64,000 bases of DNA. Source: Planctomycetota bacterium (GTDB taxonomy: Bacteria; Planctomycetota; UBA8108; SXIK01). The notes beneath the pieces were generated by a model, which saw only the letters and a program-made list of their open reading frames with translations, had not been told where the DNA came from and ran no database searches. This document shows, one piece after another, positions 1-9,168 of the stretch; position 1 is the first letter of the stretch, and each line of letters starts with the position of its first letter. Both the position numbers and the translations under genes were made by a program. The stretch covers positions 6,432,001 to 6,496,000 of the forward strand of contig OZ244999.1 of the NCBI GenBank assembly GCA_965223265.1. Direction: 5' to 3'.

Positions 1-2941
1 AGAAAAACTCGAAGTGATTGTCGACTTTATGAAACGCCGGCCGGTGACGCTCCGCACTCGATCCTTCAGCATCACCGGCGCCTTTTTCTCGTGGTCGGTC
101 GAACCAGCGGTTGACGAAATCACCATCGATCCTCTCGACATCCTGATGGACTCCTTCGCGACGGCCGAAGATGTTGAAGTAGACGTACTGCAGTCTCGGG
201 TTCGGCGTTCGGAGGCTTTCGAGAAGCCACAGACTGAGAGCTTCGTGCGGCCGGCGACCGTCAGCGCCCTGGCCGTCGACGTTGAGCTTGCGCCGGCCGT
301 CGAGCGTGTCGTCGCCGAAGCGGATCCGCCAGCTATTAAGCCTGCGGGCGCGTCGCGAGTGCGGACTGCCTCTAAACCGAAAACGCACGTCGTAGAAAAT
401 TTTCGCGTCGCGATAGACAAACGTGCCGCGACTGAGTCGGTTCTCCGCGTAGCTCGGCCGTCTCACAAGCTCTTCCCAATCCTGCTCCCGGACGAGAAGA
501 GTGTACGTAGGAAACTCTTCGTGTAGCTCGATTCCGACAGCGAAGAGTGCAGTGCGCTCCGGAGCGCCAACGGGGTACGTGCCAACTCCCCCAGAGCCGC
601 GCGCCTGCACGAAGAATTCAAAGACGCCGTCACCGAGGCGCGGCAGTGATGCCGTCCAAAGTCCATGCCCTCCGGGTTGAGGCTCAAGGCGCGCCGTCCT
701 CCACTTCTTCGCATTGTCGCGCCGATAGTGAATCGCCGCGTTCTCGACAGGATCGAGCGCCGTGATCGCTACGGTGAAGCGCACCCGCTGCTTCGACGAC
801 GGTGCGACGGGAAACTGAGCCGGGACACCAACCACTGGTGCAGGGTTCTTCACGAACCCACTGTTGCTCGCGCCGGGCGTCCCGAGACGCTCAGGAACTT
901 CCAAACGATGTGTCTGCGCGACGCCCTGACCTGCCGTCCGACTCAAGAGGAGGGGCGTGCCGCGCAGCCATTTGGCTCGGAACGAAATTCCATAGGAACG
1001 CCCAGGCTCGAGTGGCTGCGGCAGAGGAAGCGTCAGATAGTTGTGTCGCGGGTCGCCGCGCCCCTCAGCAACCAGGTGATAACTGGCCCGTCCACGTCGA
1101 TCTTTGCCGCGCCAGATTCCCGAGCCCGCGTGGGTTCCCATCGCCTGCCAATCCTTGTCGCCTCGTTCGAAGGAATCAACGGCGAGGAAGCGGCGCCGGC
1201 TGACCTGCAATCGTACGTCGTCGATGAGGCATTCGCCCTCGTTCAGAAGCATGAACTGAAGCTCGCCCATGCTGCGCCCCTTGAAGGCGCGGTGCGGCTT
1301 GGCATAACGCAACTGCTTCCACTCGGCGTCTGCGCTGTGATCGCTCGCTACCCAGGCGCCCGCGAGCGAGTTATCGAGAGCAGGATTGCGGAGCTCGAGG
1401 CTAGCGCCGAGCCCGTCCGCCCAATGAGGCCACGGCGCGCGGTCGCCGTACGTGACGCGATCGACGACCGCACCGCGTTTGTCGAGGAGTGTTAGCGGCT
1501 CGCCACGATCGGCGAGCCTGCCTTTGAATGGACCAACCACCACGTCTTCGTCGAGGCGGTACTTTTTGCGCAGTGCCGCCGGGTCCTTCGCGATCACGAG
1601 ATAGTCGCCGGCGGCAAGGCGGACACCGTCGCTCTTCTTGAACTTGAAAGCGATTCCTTCGGAGAAGCTGTAGCCGCTGAGGTCTAACGCTTCATCGCCA
1701 TGGTTGTAAAGCTCGACGTACTCGTTCGCTACTTCGTCGCTCATTGGATGGTACATGATCTCGTTGATCACGACCGAACCCACGGTCGGTGCCAGAGCAT
1801 TCGCGGCGCCTGGGGACGGCGCGGTGAGACGCGCGACATCGCGCGCGCCGTCGGGAACTCGCCCACGGCTCACCGCCCTCTTCACAATACCCGCGTCGCT
1901 CGGTCGCGGCGCACCCTCGTCGCCCTCCTCCTTCTTCCGCTTCTTTCGGCGCTTTCCAGCTTTGGACGCCCGCTTCAGGCGCCAAAGATCCTCGGCGCGC
2001 TCGCCTCCCCTTGCAAAGAGAATCAATGCGTCGCCCCGTGATTGCCGTTCCACGAGCGCCGCGATCGCTTCGCCGCTGAGCGTGTGGAAACCGAGCGGCT
2101 CGACATCCGCGTTGGCGGAAAGCTCGATTCTCCTTGGTCGCTTTGGATCATCGGTGAGCGAGTATCCCTTGAGCGCGACCTTGCGCAGTCCTGGGTTGAA
2201 CAGCTCGACGAAAGGCTCCGCGTCGATTCCCGGCGGCGGTAGGAAGACCTCGTTGATGACGAGACGAGGACGGCGCCGACGGGGTTTCAACCGGTTCTTC
2301 GTGCCCGGGGTGCCACCGGGACGCGCGCTCGGCGCCCAACTCTCAGCGGCCCCAACTTCGAAACCGGGATCGAGAATGCTGAGCGTGTGCCCCGAACCAT
2401 TCGGCGTCGACGGCCAACGGCCGTTGGCCCCATAAGCGACCTCACAGACAAGAGCCCCAGAGCTGTTGCGAAGTCGCAGGTTGCCGCCGGCGTTATTGAG
2501 CCGCCCCGAGAACGGCCCCATCACACGGCGCACCTCCGGGGTGCGGCTGCGTAGCGCCTCGGGATCGCGAGCCAGGACCAAGTGCTCGCCGGCGCCGAGA
2601 GAGGTGCCAATCGGAAAATCAAAGCTGACCTCGCCTTCGAGCGTCCACTCGGAGAGATCCGCGCGTGGCGGCTGGCGATTGTAGATCTCGACGAACTCGA
2701 GCACGTCCCCCTCGGGCGGGTGGTAGTGGATCTCGGTGATGACGATCCATGGAGCGGCGAAGAGCGAGCCTGTACCGAACAGACCGCTGATCAACAAGAG
2801 CGTCGCCGCGGCGGCAACGACGAGGTTGCTGCTTCGCCACCAGCGTCGGTGGTAGCGGTGTCGATCGATCGGTCTGCCGTTGCCGTTGACCGAGTCTGGT
2901 CCGAAGCGCGGCGATCGCTCAGTGCCCGTCAGAACTGCCAT
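1..2941 (-). CDS. Lamin-tail-domain (2x LTD) / CotH kinase-family exported protein, C-terminus truncated by window edge
   Basis: Absent from the ORF track because there is no stop in the window. Manual translation from ATG 2941 gives a hydrophobic N-terminal stretch, LTD-type motifs WIVITEIHYHP..EFVEIYN and VVINEIMYHP..EYVELYN, and a CotH-like segment (FRFRG..SWRIRF..KLNVD..DVERIDGDFVNRWF). The start codon and the window-edge codons (HKVDNHFEFF) share one frame. Confidence 0.8.
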   Translation of the reverse strand, partial: MAVLTGTERSPRFGPDSVNGNGRPIDRHRYHRRWWRSSNLVVAAAATLLLISGLFGTGSLFAAPWIVITEIHYHPPEGDVLEFVEIYNRQPPRADLSEWTLEGEVSFDFPIGTSLGAGEHLVLARDPEALRSRTPEVRRVMGPFSGRLNNAGGNLRLRNSSGALVCEVAYGANGRWPSTPNGSGHTLSILDPGFEVGAAESWAPSARPGGTPGTKNRLKPRRRRPRLVINEVFLPPPGIDAEPFVELFNPGLRKVALKGYSLTDDPKRPRRIELSANADVEPLGFHTLSGEAIAALVERQSRGDALILFARGGERAEDLWRLKRASKAGKRRKKRKKEEGDEGAPRPSDAGIVKRAVSRGRVPDGARDVARLTAPSPGAANALAPTVGSVVINEIMYHPMSDEVANEYVELYNHGDEALDLSGYSFSEGIAFKFKKSDGVRLAAGDYLVIAKDPAALRKKYRLDEDVVVGPFKGRLADRGEPLTLLDKRGAVVDRVTYGDRAPWPHWADGLGASLELRNPALDNSLAGAWVASDHSADAEWKQLRYAKPHRAFKGRSMGELQFMLLNEGECLIDDVRLQVSRRRFLAVDSFERGDKDWQAMGTHAGSGIWRGKDRRGRASYHLVAEGRGDPRHNYLTLPLPQPLEPGRSYGISFRAKWLRGTPLLLSRTAGQGVAQTHRLEVPERLGTPGASNSGFVKNPAPVVGVPAQFPVAPSSKQRVRFTVAITALDPVENAAIHYRRDNAKKWRTARLEPQPGGHGLWTASLPRLGDGVFEFFVQARGSGGVGTYPVGAPERTALFAVGIELHEEFPTYTLLVREQDWEELVRRPSYAENRLSRGTFVYRDAKIFYDVRFRFRGSPHSRRARRLNSWRIRFGDDTLDGRRKLNVDGQGADGRRPHEALSLWLLESLRTPNPRLQYVYFNIFGRREGVHQDVERIDGDFVNRWFDRPREKGAGDAEGSSAERHRPAFHKVDNHFEFF

Positions 2942-3110
2942 CGCCCATCCCTGTGCCCAAAGAGGGTGAAAGTCAAACGACGCCAAGAAAAGCCCCAAAA
3001 CCCATTCTTGAGCGTCACCACGGCGTTTTCAACCGCCGCGAGCCCACCAACCTTGGTACCCAGCCCAAGAGTCTACCGAGGATAAGCATTCTCGCAGGAA
3101 CTATGCCACA

Positions 3111-4577
3111 CTACGCCACGATCTCGGGGACAACGCGTCCGTGAACGTCGGTCAGACGAAACTGGCGCCCCTGGAACCGATAGGTGAGACGTTCATGGTC
3201 GATGCCGAGAAGATGTAACACGGTCGCCTGAAAGTCGTGCACGTGGACAGGGTTCGCGGCCACATTGTACGCGAAACCATCAGACGCGCCGTAGGTGATT
3301 CCGGATTTGATGCCGCCGCCGGCCATCCAAATCGTGAACGCGTACGGGTGATGATCACGACCCCAGTTCCTGCGGTTCTTGATGTCGCCTTGGCAAAACG
3401 GAGTCCGCCCGAACTCTCCGGCCCAAATGACGAGCGTGTCGTCCAACAGCCCTCGCTGCTTCAAATCCTTCACGAGCGCGGCACTCGGTTGGTCGGTGTC
3501 CCGGCACTGGATTTCGAACTGCCGGCTCAGATTGCTGTGGTGGTCCCAGCCGGCGTGAAACATCTGGATGTGACGCACGCCGCGTTCGGCGAGTCGACGC
3601 GCAATCAAGCAGTTGTACGCGAAAGAACCTCGCCGGGTGACCTCCGGGCCATACATGTCAAGCACATGGTGTGGTTCCGTTGACAGATCGACAAGCTCCG
3701 GCACGCTCGTCTGCATCCGAAACGCCATTTCATACTGCGCAATGCGCGTGGCGATTTCCGGGTCGCCGAAGTCGCGCAGTCGGGCTTCGTTGAGCTCTGC
3801 CAAATCGTCCAACAGTCCGCGGCGGACCGCTCTGCTGGCACCGTCGGGATTGGCGACGTAGAGGACGGGATCACCGCTGCCGCGAAACTTGACTCCCTGG
3901 AACTTGGACGGCAGAAAACCGCTGCCCCAATAGAAGTCATAGAAGATCTGGCCACATGACGCTTCCTTGTCCCGCGACGTCATGACAACGAACGCTGGTA
4001 GGTCCCGCGTTTCGCTTCCAAGACCGTAGGCCGTCCAAGCTCCTAGACTCGGACGCCCCGGCATCTCCGCCCCTGTAAGAAAGAACGTGATCGCTGGTGC
4101 GTGATTCACCTGCGTCGTATGCATCGACTTGACAAAACAAAGGTCGTCGACGATCGATGCGGTGTGCGGTAGGAAATCGCACACCCAAGCACCGGAAGTG
4201 CCGTGACGTTTGAAGCCGGTGAACGGAGGAAGTACAGGCTTGCTCTTTTTGCTCGCGGTCATCGTGCTCAAGCGCTGGTTGCGATGGACCGACTCCGGCA
4301 GTTCAGAGCCGAAGAGACGCCGCAAACCGGGCTTGTAGTCGAACATGTCGAGATGTGGCGGAGCGCCGTTCTGGAGCAAATAGATGACACGCTTCGCCTT
4401 GGGAGCGAAGTGTGGCAAATTGGGGAGGCCGCCGACGCGCGACGTCTCGAGTGATGCTTCAAGCCGTCCGTCATGCCTGAGCAGCGACGCGAGTGCCGCC
4501 GTGCCGATGCCGACGGCGGATCGCCCGAAGAACTGCCGGCGCGTGCTGTGGAGATAATCTTCGGTGCGTGGATCCAT
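3111..4577 (-). CDS. DUF1501 family protein (planctomycete sulfatase-like, Tat-type N-terminus)
   Basis: TRRQFF twin-arginine motif, HFAPKAKRVIYL, GWDHH, GEFGRTP, GRDHHP, HVHDFQATVLHLLGIDHERLTY. Confidence 0.92.
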   Translation of the reverse strand: MDPRTEDYLHSTRRQFFGRSAVGIGTAALASLLRHDGRLEASLETSRVGGLPNLPHFAPKAKRVIYLLQNGAPPHLDMFDYKPGLRRLFGSELPESVHRNQRLSTMTASKKSKPVLPPFTGFKRHGTSGAWVCDFLPHTASIVDDLCFVKSMHTTQVNHAPAITFFLTGAEMPGRPSLGAWTAYGLGSETRDLPAFVVMTSRDKEASCGQIFYDFYWGSGFLPSKFQGVKFRGSGDPVLYVANPDGASRAVRRGLLDDLAELNEARLRDFGDPEIATRIAQYEMAFRMQTSVPELVDLSTEPHHVLDMYGPEVTRRGSFAYNCLIARRLAERGVRHIQMFHAGWDHHSNLSRQFEIQCRDTDQPSAALVKDLKQRGLLDDTLVIWAGEFGRTPFCQGDIKNRRNWGRDHHPYAFTIWMAGGGIKSGITYGASDGFAYNVAANPVHVHDFQATVLHLLGIDHERLTYRFQGRQFRLTDVHGRVVPEIVA

Positions 4578-4602
4578 GTTCAGTGCCTACTTGGGTTCAA
4601 CA

Positions 4603-7107
4603 TCACTCTTTTGTGATCACTTCGTCGAGGTTTAAAAGCAGCGAGCAGAGCATCGTCAAAGCCGCATGCTCGGCCGAGTCAAGGTTTTCGTTTCGTGGTG
4701 ACTCCCCAACACTCAACAGCTTCACCGCCTCTCCTTGGTTTTTCTCATACTCTGCGGTGAGTAGGTCAAGCCGCCGCTTCAGCACTTTCTGCGCCATGGT
4801 GCTCGGCCAGCGACCTGTCGCCAAACGAAACGCGGCCGCAATCCGCTCTTCAGCGCTCTGATGCCCCTGAGCCATCAACCTTTCGGCCATGGCGCGCGCG
4901 GCTTCAACATAGGTCGGATCATTGAGCGTGATCAGCGCGTGCAACGGAGTGTTCGTGCGCTGAGCTCTTACAGTACACGTCTGCCGAGTCGCTGCGTCGA
5001 AGAACATGGTAGGACCAACGATCCGCCGCCAAAACGTGTAGAGACTGCGCCGATAGAGGCTCTCGCCGTGGTCCTGCTCGTAGGACTTTTTCCCGAACGT
5101 CGCTTCCTCCCACACTCCTGCAGGTTGATACGGTTTGACAGGTCGGCCTCCGAGCTTCCTCACAAGAAGACCGCTGAGAGCGAGAGCCTGATCGCGAATC
5201 ATGTATGACGGCAATCGAAATCGCGGCCCACGCGCCAACAGTCGATTGATCGGATCCCGCGCCTGGTGCTCCGCGGTTTGCTTCGACGATTGGCGGTAGG
5301 TCGAACTGGTGACGATGAGGCGGTGGAGTCGTTTGACATTCCATCCGGAGCGCACAAACTCGGTTGCCAGCCAGTCCAGGAGTTCCGGGTGGCTTGGTTC
5401 CTCCCCCTGCACGCCGAAATCGTCGACGGTGCGCACAAGGCCGGCGCCGAAAAACATCTGCCAGTACCGATTAACGATGACGCGGGCAGTCAGCGGGTGC
5501 GAAGGATCAACGAGCCACTGGGCAAGCCCGAGACGATCGAGCGGGGCGCCTTGAGGCAAGCGCGGCAGGATCGCTGGAACAGCCCGCTGAACCTCTTTTC
5601 CAGGGCGGTTGTAGACGCCACGCGTGAGGATGAACGTCGAGCGAGGATTCGCCAGCTCTTCCATCACCATGACACGTGGAATCTGGCGGCGGTATTGATC
5701 GCGTCCGTCACGAGCCACCTTCAGAGCGTGCAAGCGCGCGGCGTAGTCCGCTTGTTCAGCCGCCGCGAAGTAATTCGCGAGCGCCTCGAGATCGCTGGTG
5801 CGGCGGGCCGACGGAGCCGCGTCAAGTCGAGTGCGAATCTCTTCCGGAAGATTCTTCGCGCGCGGCGCTTTCGCAGCCGTCTCGCCTTCGTCACGGGGGA
5901 ACAAGCCCCGCTCGAGCGCGGCAACTTTGTCGACCTCGGCGCCGAAACGACTCTCCAGCTCGAGCAGTTGAGCCTCTTGCGACCGCGTCTTCACCTCGAG
6001 GAATGGGCTTTGGCTGCCGCTGCGCCCGGCACCGTCGACAGGGGTGCTGTTGAAGAAGGCGAAGAGTTGGTAGTACTCCTCTTGCGACAGCGGGTCGAAC
6101 TTGTGGTCATGGCAGCGGGCGCATCCGACCGTCAGCCCGAGCCACACCGCCGACATGGTCTCGATCTGGTCGAACACGTATTCGACGCGATTCTCCTCGG
6201 GGATGCGGCCGCCCTCGCCGTTGATCATGTGATTGCGATTGAAGCCGGTCGCGATCCGCTGATCGAAGCGAGCCGATGGTAAGAGATCGCCAGCCAACTG
6301 CTCGACAGTGAAGCGGTCGAACGGCATGTCGCCGTTGAGAGCGCTGACGGCCCAGTCACGCCACGGCCACATCGTGCGGTCGCTGTCGCCCTGGTAGCCG
6401 TTCGAGTCTGCGTAGCGGGAGGCCTCAAGCCACTCCCACACCATCCGTTCGCCGTAGCGCGGCGACGCGAGGAGGCGGTCAACGACTTTCGCGTACGCCG
6501 ACGGCGAATCATCGTCGAGAAAGGCATCGACCTCGCTCGGCGTCGGCGGCAACCCGGTGAGGTCGAACGTGACGCGTCGAAGGAGGACTTCTGGCGCCGC
6601 GGCTGGCGATGGCGCCAAGCCTTCCCGCTGCAAGCGGGCAAGGACAAACCGATCGATTGCATTCCTCGGCCGCGCGATGTCGTGCACCGACGGTGGTTCA
6701 GGTCGCGCTGGTGCACGGAACGCCCAGTGTTCAGCCCACCCCGCGCCGCCTTCAACCCAGCGCCTGAGTACGTCGATCTGCGCCGGGGTCAATTTGCGAT
6801 TGGAATCGACGGGCGGCATGACCTCGCCGGTGTCCGAGGTCGTGACGCGACGAACGAGCTCACTCGCCGTCGGGTCACCTGGCACGACGATGGAGATCCC
6901 GTCTTGCGTCCGAAACAGCTGCTCGCGAACGTCGAGACGTAGATCAGCCTGACGAGTCGCCGTGTCGGGCCCGTGACACGGATAGCAGTTCTCCGCCAGA
7001 ACCGGCTGGACATCGAGATTGAAGTCTACGGCGTATGCCGAGGCTGAGATGCCAGACCACGGGCCGAGCAGGTAGCAGTACACCAGGAAGAGGAGCCGTC
7101 TGGGCAC
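4603..7107 (-). CDS. Planctomycete cytochrome c / DUF1549 / DUF1553 (PSD1) protein
   Basis: CYPCHGPD and CARCHDHKFDP heme-type motifs, RYADSNGY, PSHPELLDWLA, RRSLYTFWRR, TNTPLHAL; sits in the typical pair with DUF1501. Confidence 0.93.
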   Translation of the reverse strand: MPRRLLFLVYCYLLGPWSGISASAYAVDFNLDVQPVLAENCYPCHGPDTATRQADLRLDVREQLFRTQDGISIVVPGDPTASELVRRVTTSDTGEVMPPVDSNRKLTPAQIDVLRRWVEGGAGWAEHWAFRAPARPEPPSVHDIARPRNAIDRFVLARLQREGLAPSPAAAPEVLLRRVTFDLTGLPPTPSEVDAFLDDDSPSAYAKVVDRLLASPRYGERMVWEWLEASRYADSNGYQGDSDRTMWPWRDWAVSALNGDMPFDRFTVEQLAGDLLPSARFDQRIATGFNRNHMINGEGGRIPEENRVEYVFDQIETMSAVWLGLTVGCARCHDHKFDPLSQEEYYQLFAFFNSTPVDGAGRSGSQSPFLEVKTRSQEAQLLELESRFGAEVDKVAALERGLFPRDEGETAAKAPRAKNLPEEIRTRLDAAPSARRTSDLEALANYFAAAEQADYAARLHALKVARDGRDQYRRQIPRVMVMEELANPRSTFILTRGVYNRPGKEVQRAVPAILPRLPQGAPLDRLGLAQWLVDPSHPLTARVIVNRYWQMFFGAGLVRTVDDFGVQGEEPSHPELLDWLATEFVRSGWNVKRLHRLIVTSSTYRQSSKQTAEHQARDPINRLLARGPRFRLPSYMIRDQALALSGLLVRKLGGRPVKPYQPAGVWEEATFGKKSYEQDHGESLYRRSLYTFWRRIVGPTMFFDAATRQTCTVRAQRTNTPLHALITLNDPTYVEAARAMAERLMAQGHQSAEERIAAAFRLATGRWPSTMAQKVLKRRLDLLTAEYEKNQGEAVKLLSVGESPRNENLDSAEHAALTMLCSLLLNLDEVITKE

Positions 7108-7736
7108 GATGAGCGATCCTGAGGAAGAATTCGCAGCTTGTCCAAATCGTTCGTCGATCTACGGATCTTACTCACCGACCCGCCCTGGATGAAGCGTCGA
7201 GACACACGACGGTGGGATGTCAGCTTGCCGTTCGTGCGATCCGCGACGGCGACACTTCTGTAACTTTCCGCCGTCGCTGGCCGTCTGCTCAGTCCTTTAT
7301 GGAAACCATGCACGCGCGAACGCTCACGCTGTCGTCGAACGATCATTCCGCGACGGCGGAACTGTCGTCCGGGACCGCGGCCCCTACGACACGAGGAACG
7401 GTCACAACAGAGCCCGAGTTCTGCCGTCGCTCGAAACGCCGTAACCAGACAAACGGGTTCGTAGGCCTTGAAGGACAAAAGCGCTGATTATTTCGCGTTT
7501 CTCTCGCGACGGCCAAGGAATGCACGCGACAGAGCGGTTATCAGTCCAGTCGATTGGCGGCAAACGGTGTGATCGGGTTTACTCCTGATGCAGACGCCTT
7601 CGGTTCTCATCGAGGTTCTACAGCTTGAACGAGGATCCGGAGTGAGGAACCCTTGCCGGGTTCGAAGGATTGAGTCACGGCTCGTGCGGCCGGCAGCGCC
7701 ACGACGAGTTGCCCCTCTCACAGATCGGAGAGATCC

Positions 7737-8831
7737 ATGGAATTCAGCCTCTTCTACTTTGCCGACCATGGGGCCGCCCACGATCACGATCAGGGGAAGT
7801 ACCACCTGATTATGGAGAGTGCAAAATGGGCAGATGAGAACGCGTTTGTGGGACTCTGGACGCCCGAACGCCACTTCCACGCATTCGGTGGACTCTCACC
7901 AAACCCTTCCGTTCTGGGAGCCGCGTTGGCGGCGACGACGGAGAGGATCCACATCCGCTCCGGGAGCGTCGTGCTGCCTCTTCACGATCCCATCCGGGTC
8001 GCTGAAGAGTGGGCCGTGGTCGACAATATCTCCGATGGTCGAGTCGGCCTGGGTGTGGCCTGTGGTTGGGTGCCAAATGATTTCGTCATCTCGCAGAGTC
8101 AGGCAAACTTCGACAACCGAAAAGAAGTCTTCGCCCAGAATGTCACGACTCTCAGAAAGCTCTGGCGAGGCGAGACGGTGTCGGTGGTCAATCCGCAGGG
8201 AAACACGATCCAGGTCCAGACACTTCCTCGCCCGGTACAAGCGGAAGTCCCTGTGTGGATTACGGCCGCGGCCAATCCAGACACCTTCCGGCAAGCGGGT
8301 GAAATGGGGACGAACCTGTTGACCCATTTACTGGGTCAAACGATGAAGGATCTGGCCCAAAAGGCGGCCATATACCACGAGGCGTGGGCAGACTCAGGAC
8401 ATCCTGGAAGAGGAACTCTGACGGTGATGCTGCACACGTTCGTGGGCGACGATGATGAAGAGGTGCGTGACATCGTCAGGGAGCCGATGAAGAAATACTT
8501 GGGCAGCTCCCTCAATTTGGCGAAGGCGCACCTGGCATCGGTACCCTTTCTCAAAAACACTGGCTCCCTCGACCCCACCTCCCTGTCTGCTGACACCGTG
8601 GACGAGATGTTGGAGTGCTCTTTCGGACGCTATTTCGAAACGGCCAGCCTACTTGGCACTCCTCAAAAGTGCTTGGGCATGGTCGATCGACTCGCGAAGA
8701 TCGGCGTGGACGAGATCGCCTGCCTGGTCGACTTTGGAGTCGATACAGACACGGTCTTATGCAGTCTCGGGAATCTGAACGAAGTCCGCGACCTTGCTCA
8801 TACCGCGCCGATTGCCCGAGCGTCCGTATGA
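7737..8831 (+). CDS. Luciferase-like FMN-dependent monooxygenase, MupA/Atu3671 type
   Basis: MEFSLFYFA, WTPERHFHAFGG, NPSVLGAALA, RVAEEWAVVDN, GVDEIACLVDFG. Confidence 0.88.
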   Translation: MEFSLFYFADHGAAHDHDQGKYHLIMESAKWADENAFVGLWTPERHFHAFGGLSPNPSVLGAALAATTERIHIRSGSVVLPLHDPIRVAEEWAVVDNISDGRVGLGVACGWVPNDFVISQSQANFDNRKEVFAQNVTTLRKLWRGETVSVVNPQGNTIQVQTLPRPVQAEVPVWITAAANPDTFRQAGEMGTNLLTHLLGQTMKDLAQKAAIYHEAWADSGHPGRGTLTVMLHTFVGDDDEEVRDIVREPMKKYLGSSLNLAKAHLASVPFLKNTGSLDPTSLSADTVDEMLECSFGRYFETASLLGTPQKCLGMVDRLAKIGVDEIACLVDFGVDTDTVLCSLGNLNEVRDLAHTAPIARASV

Positions 8832-9037
8832 TGGACTCGATCGTTCCCTTGCGTTGCTCACGGGGCTGACGGCATCGCCGCTCGACGGACGCGACAAGAG
8901 ATAAGAAAAGCGCCTCGCACAGCTCGCGATCGCGCCGTCCCGACGAGGGGTCGCGTCTCAGGAGCGATACCACCGTCGTCTCAGCTCTCCCTGTGCTTGC
9001 AATCCTTGACACGGCTTGATAATGGTCCACGGGACCT

Positions 9038-9160
9038 ATGAAGACCCAAGCGGTCAGACTTCTTGACCGGCGCCGAGGCTGTGAAATCCTCGAGTGTCTC
9101 CCGCCTCGACGCTCCGCAGTTGGGATCGAATTGGCGAATCTGCGAAGCCTCGGCAAGTGA
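9038..9160 (+). pseudogene. Probable frameshifted MerR/excisionase-type HTH remnant
   Basis: SDFLTGAEA in one frame and STLRSWDRIG in another; joined, they resemble the LTxxEAAxxLGVSxxTLRxWD HTH pattern. Confidence 0.45.
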
Positions 9161-9168
9161 AGAGAGCG

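Noticed and set aside
7108-9168. attL/attR duplication of the tRNA-Thr 3' end
   Set aside because: No second TGGAGCCACC-like copy was found by eye and no integrase is present, so island boundaries are unsupported
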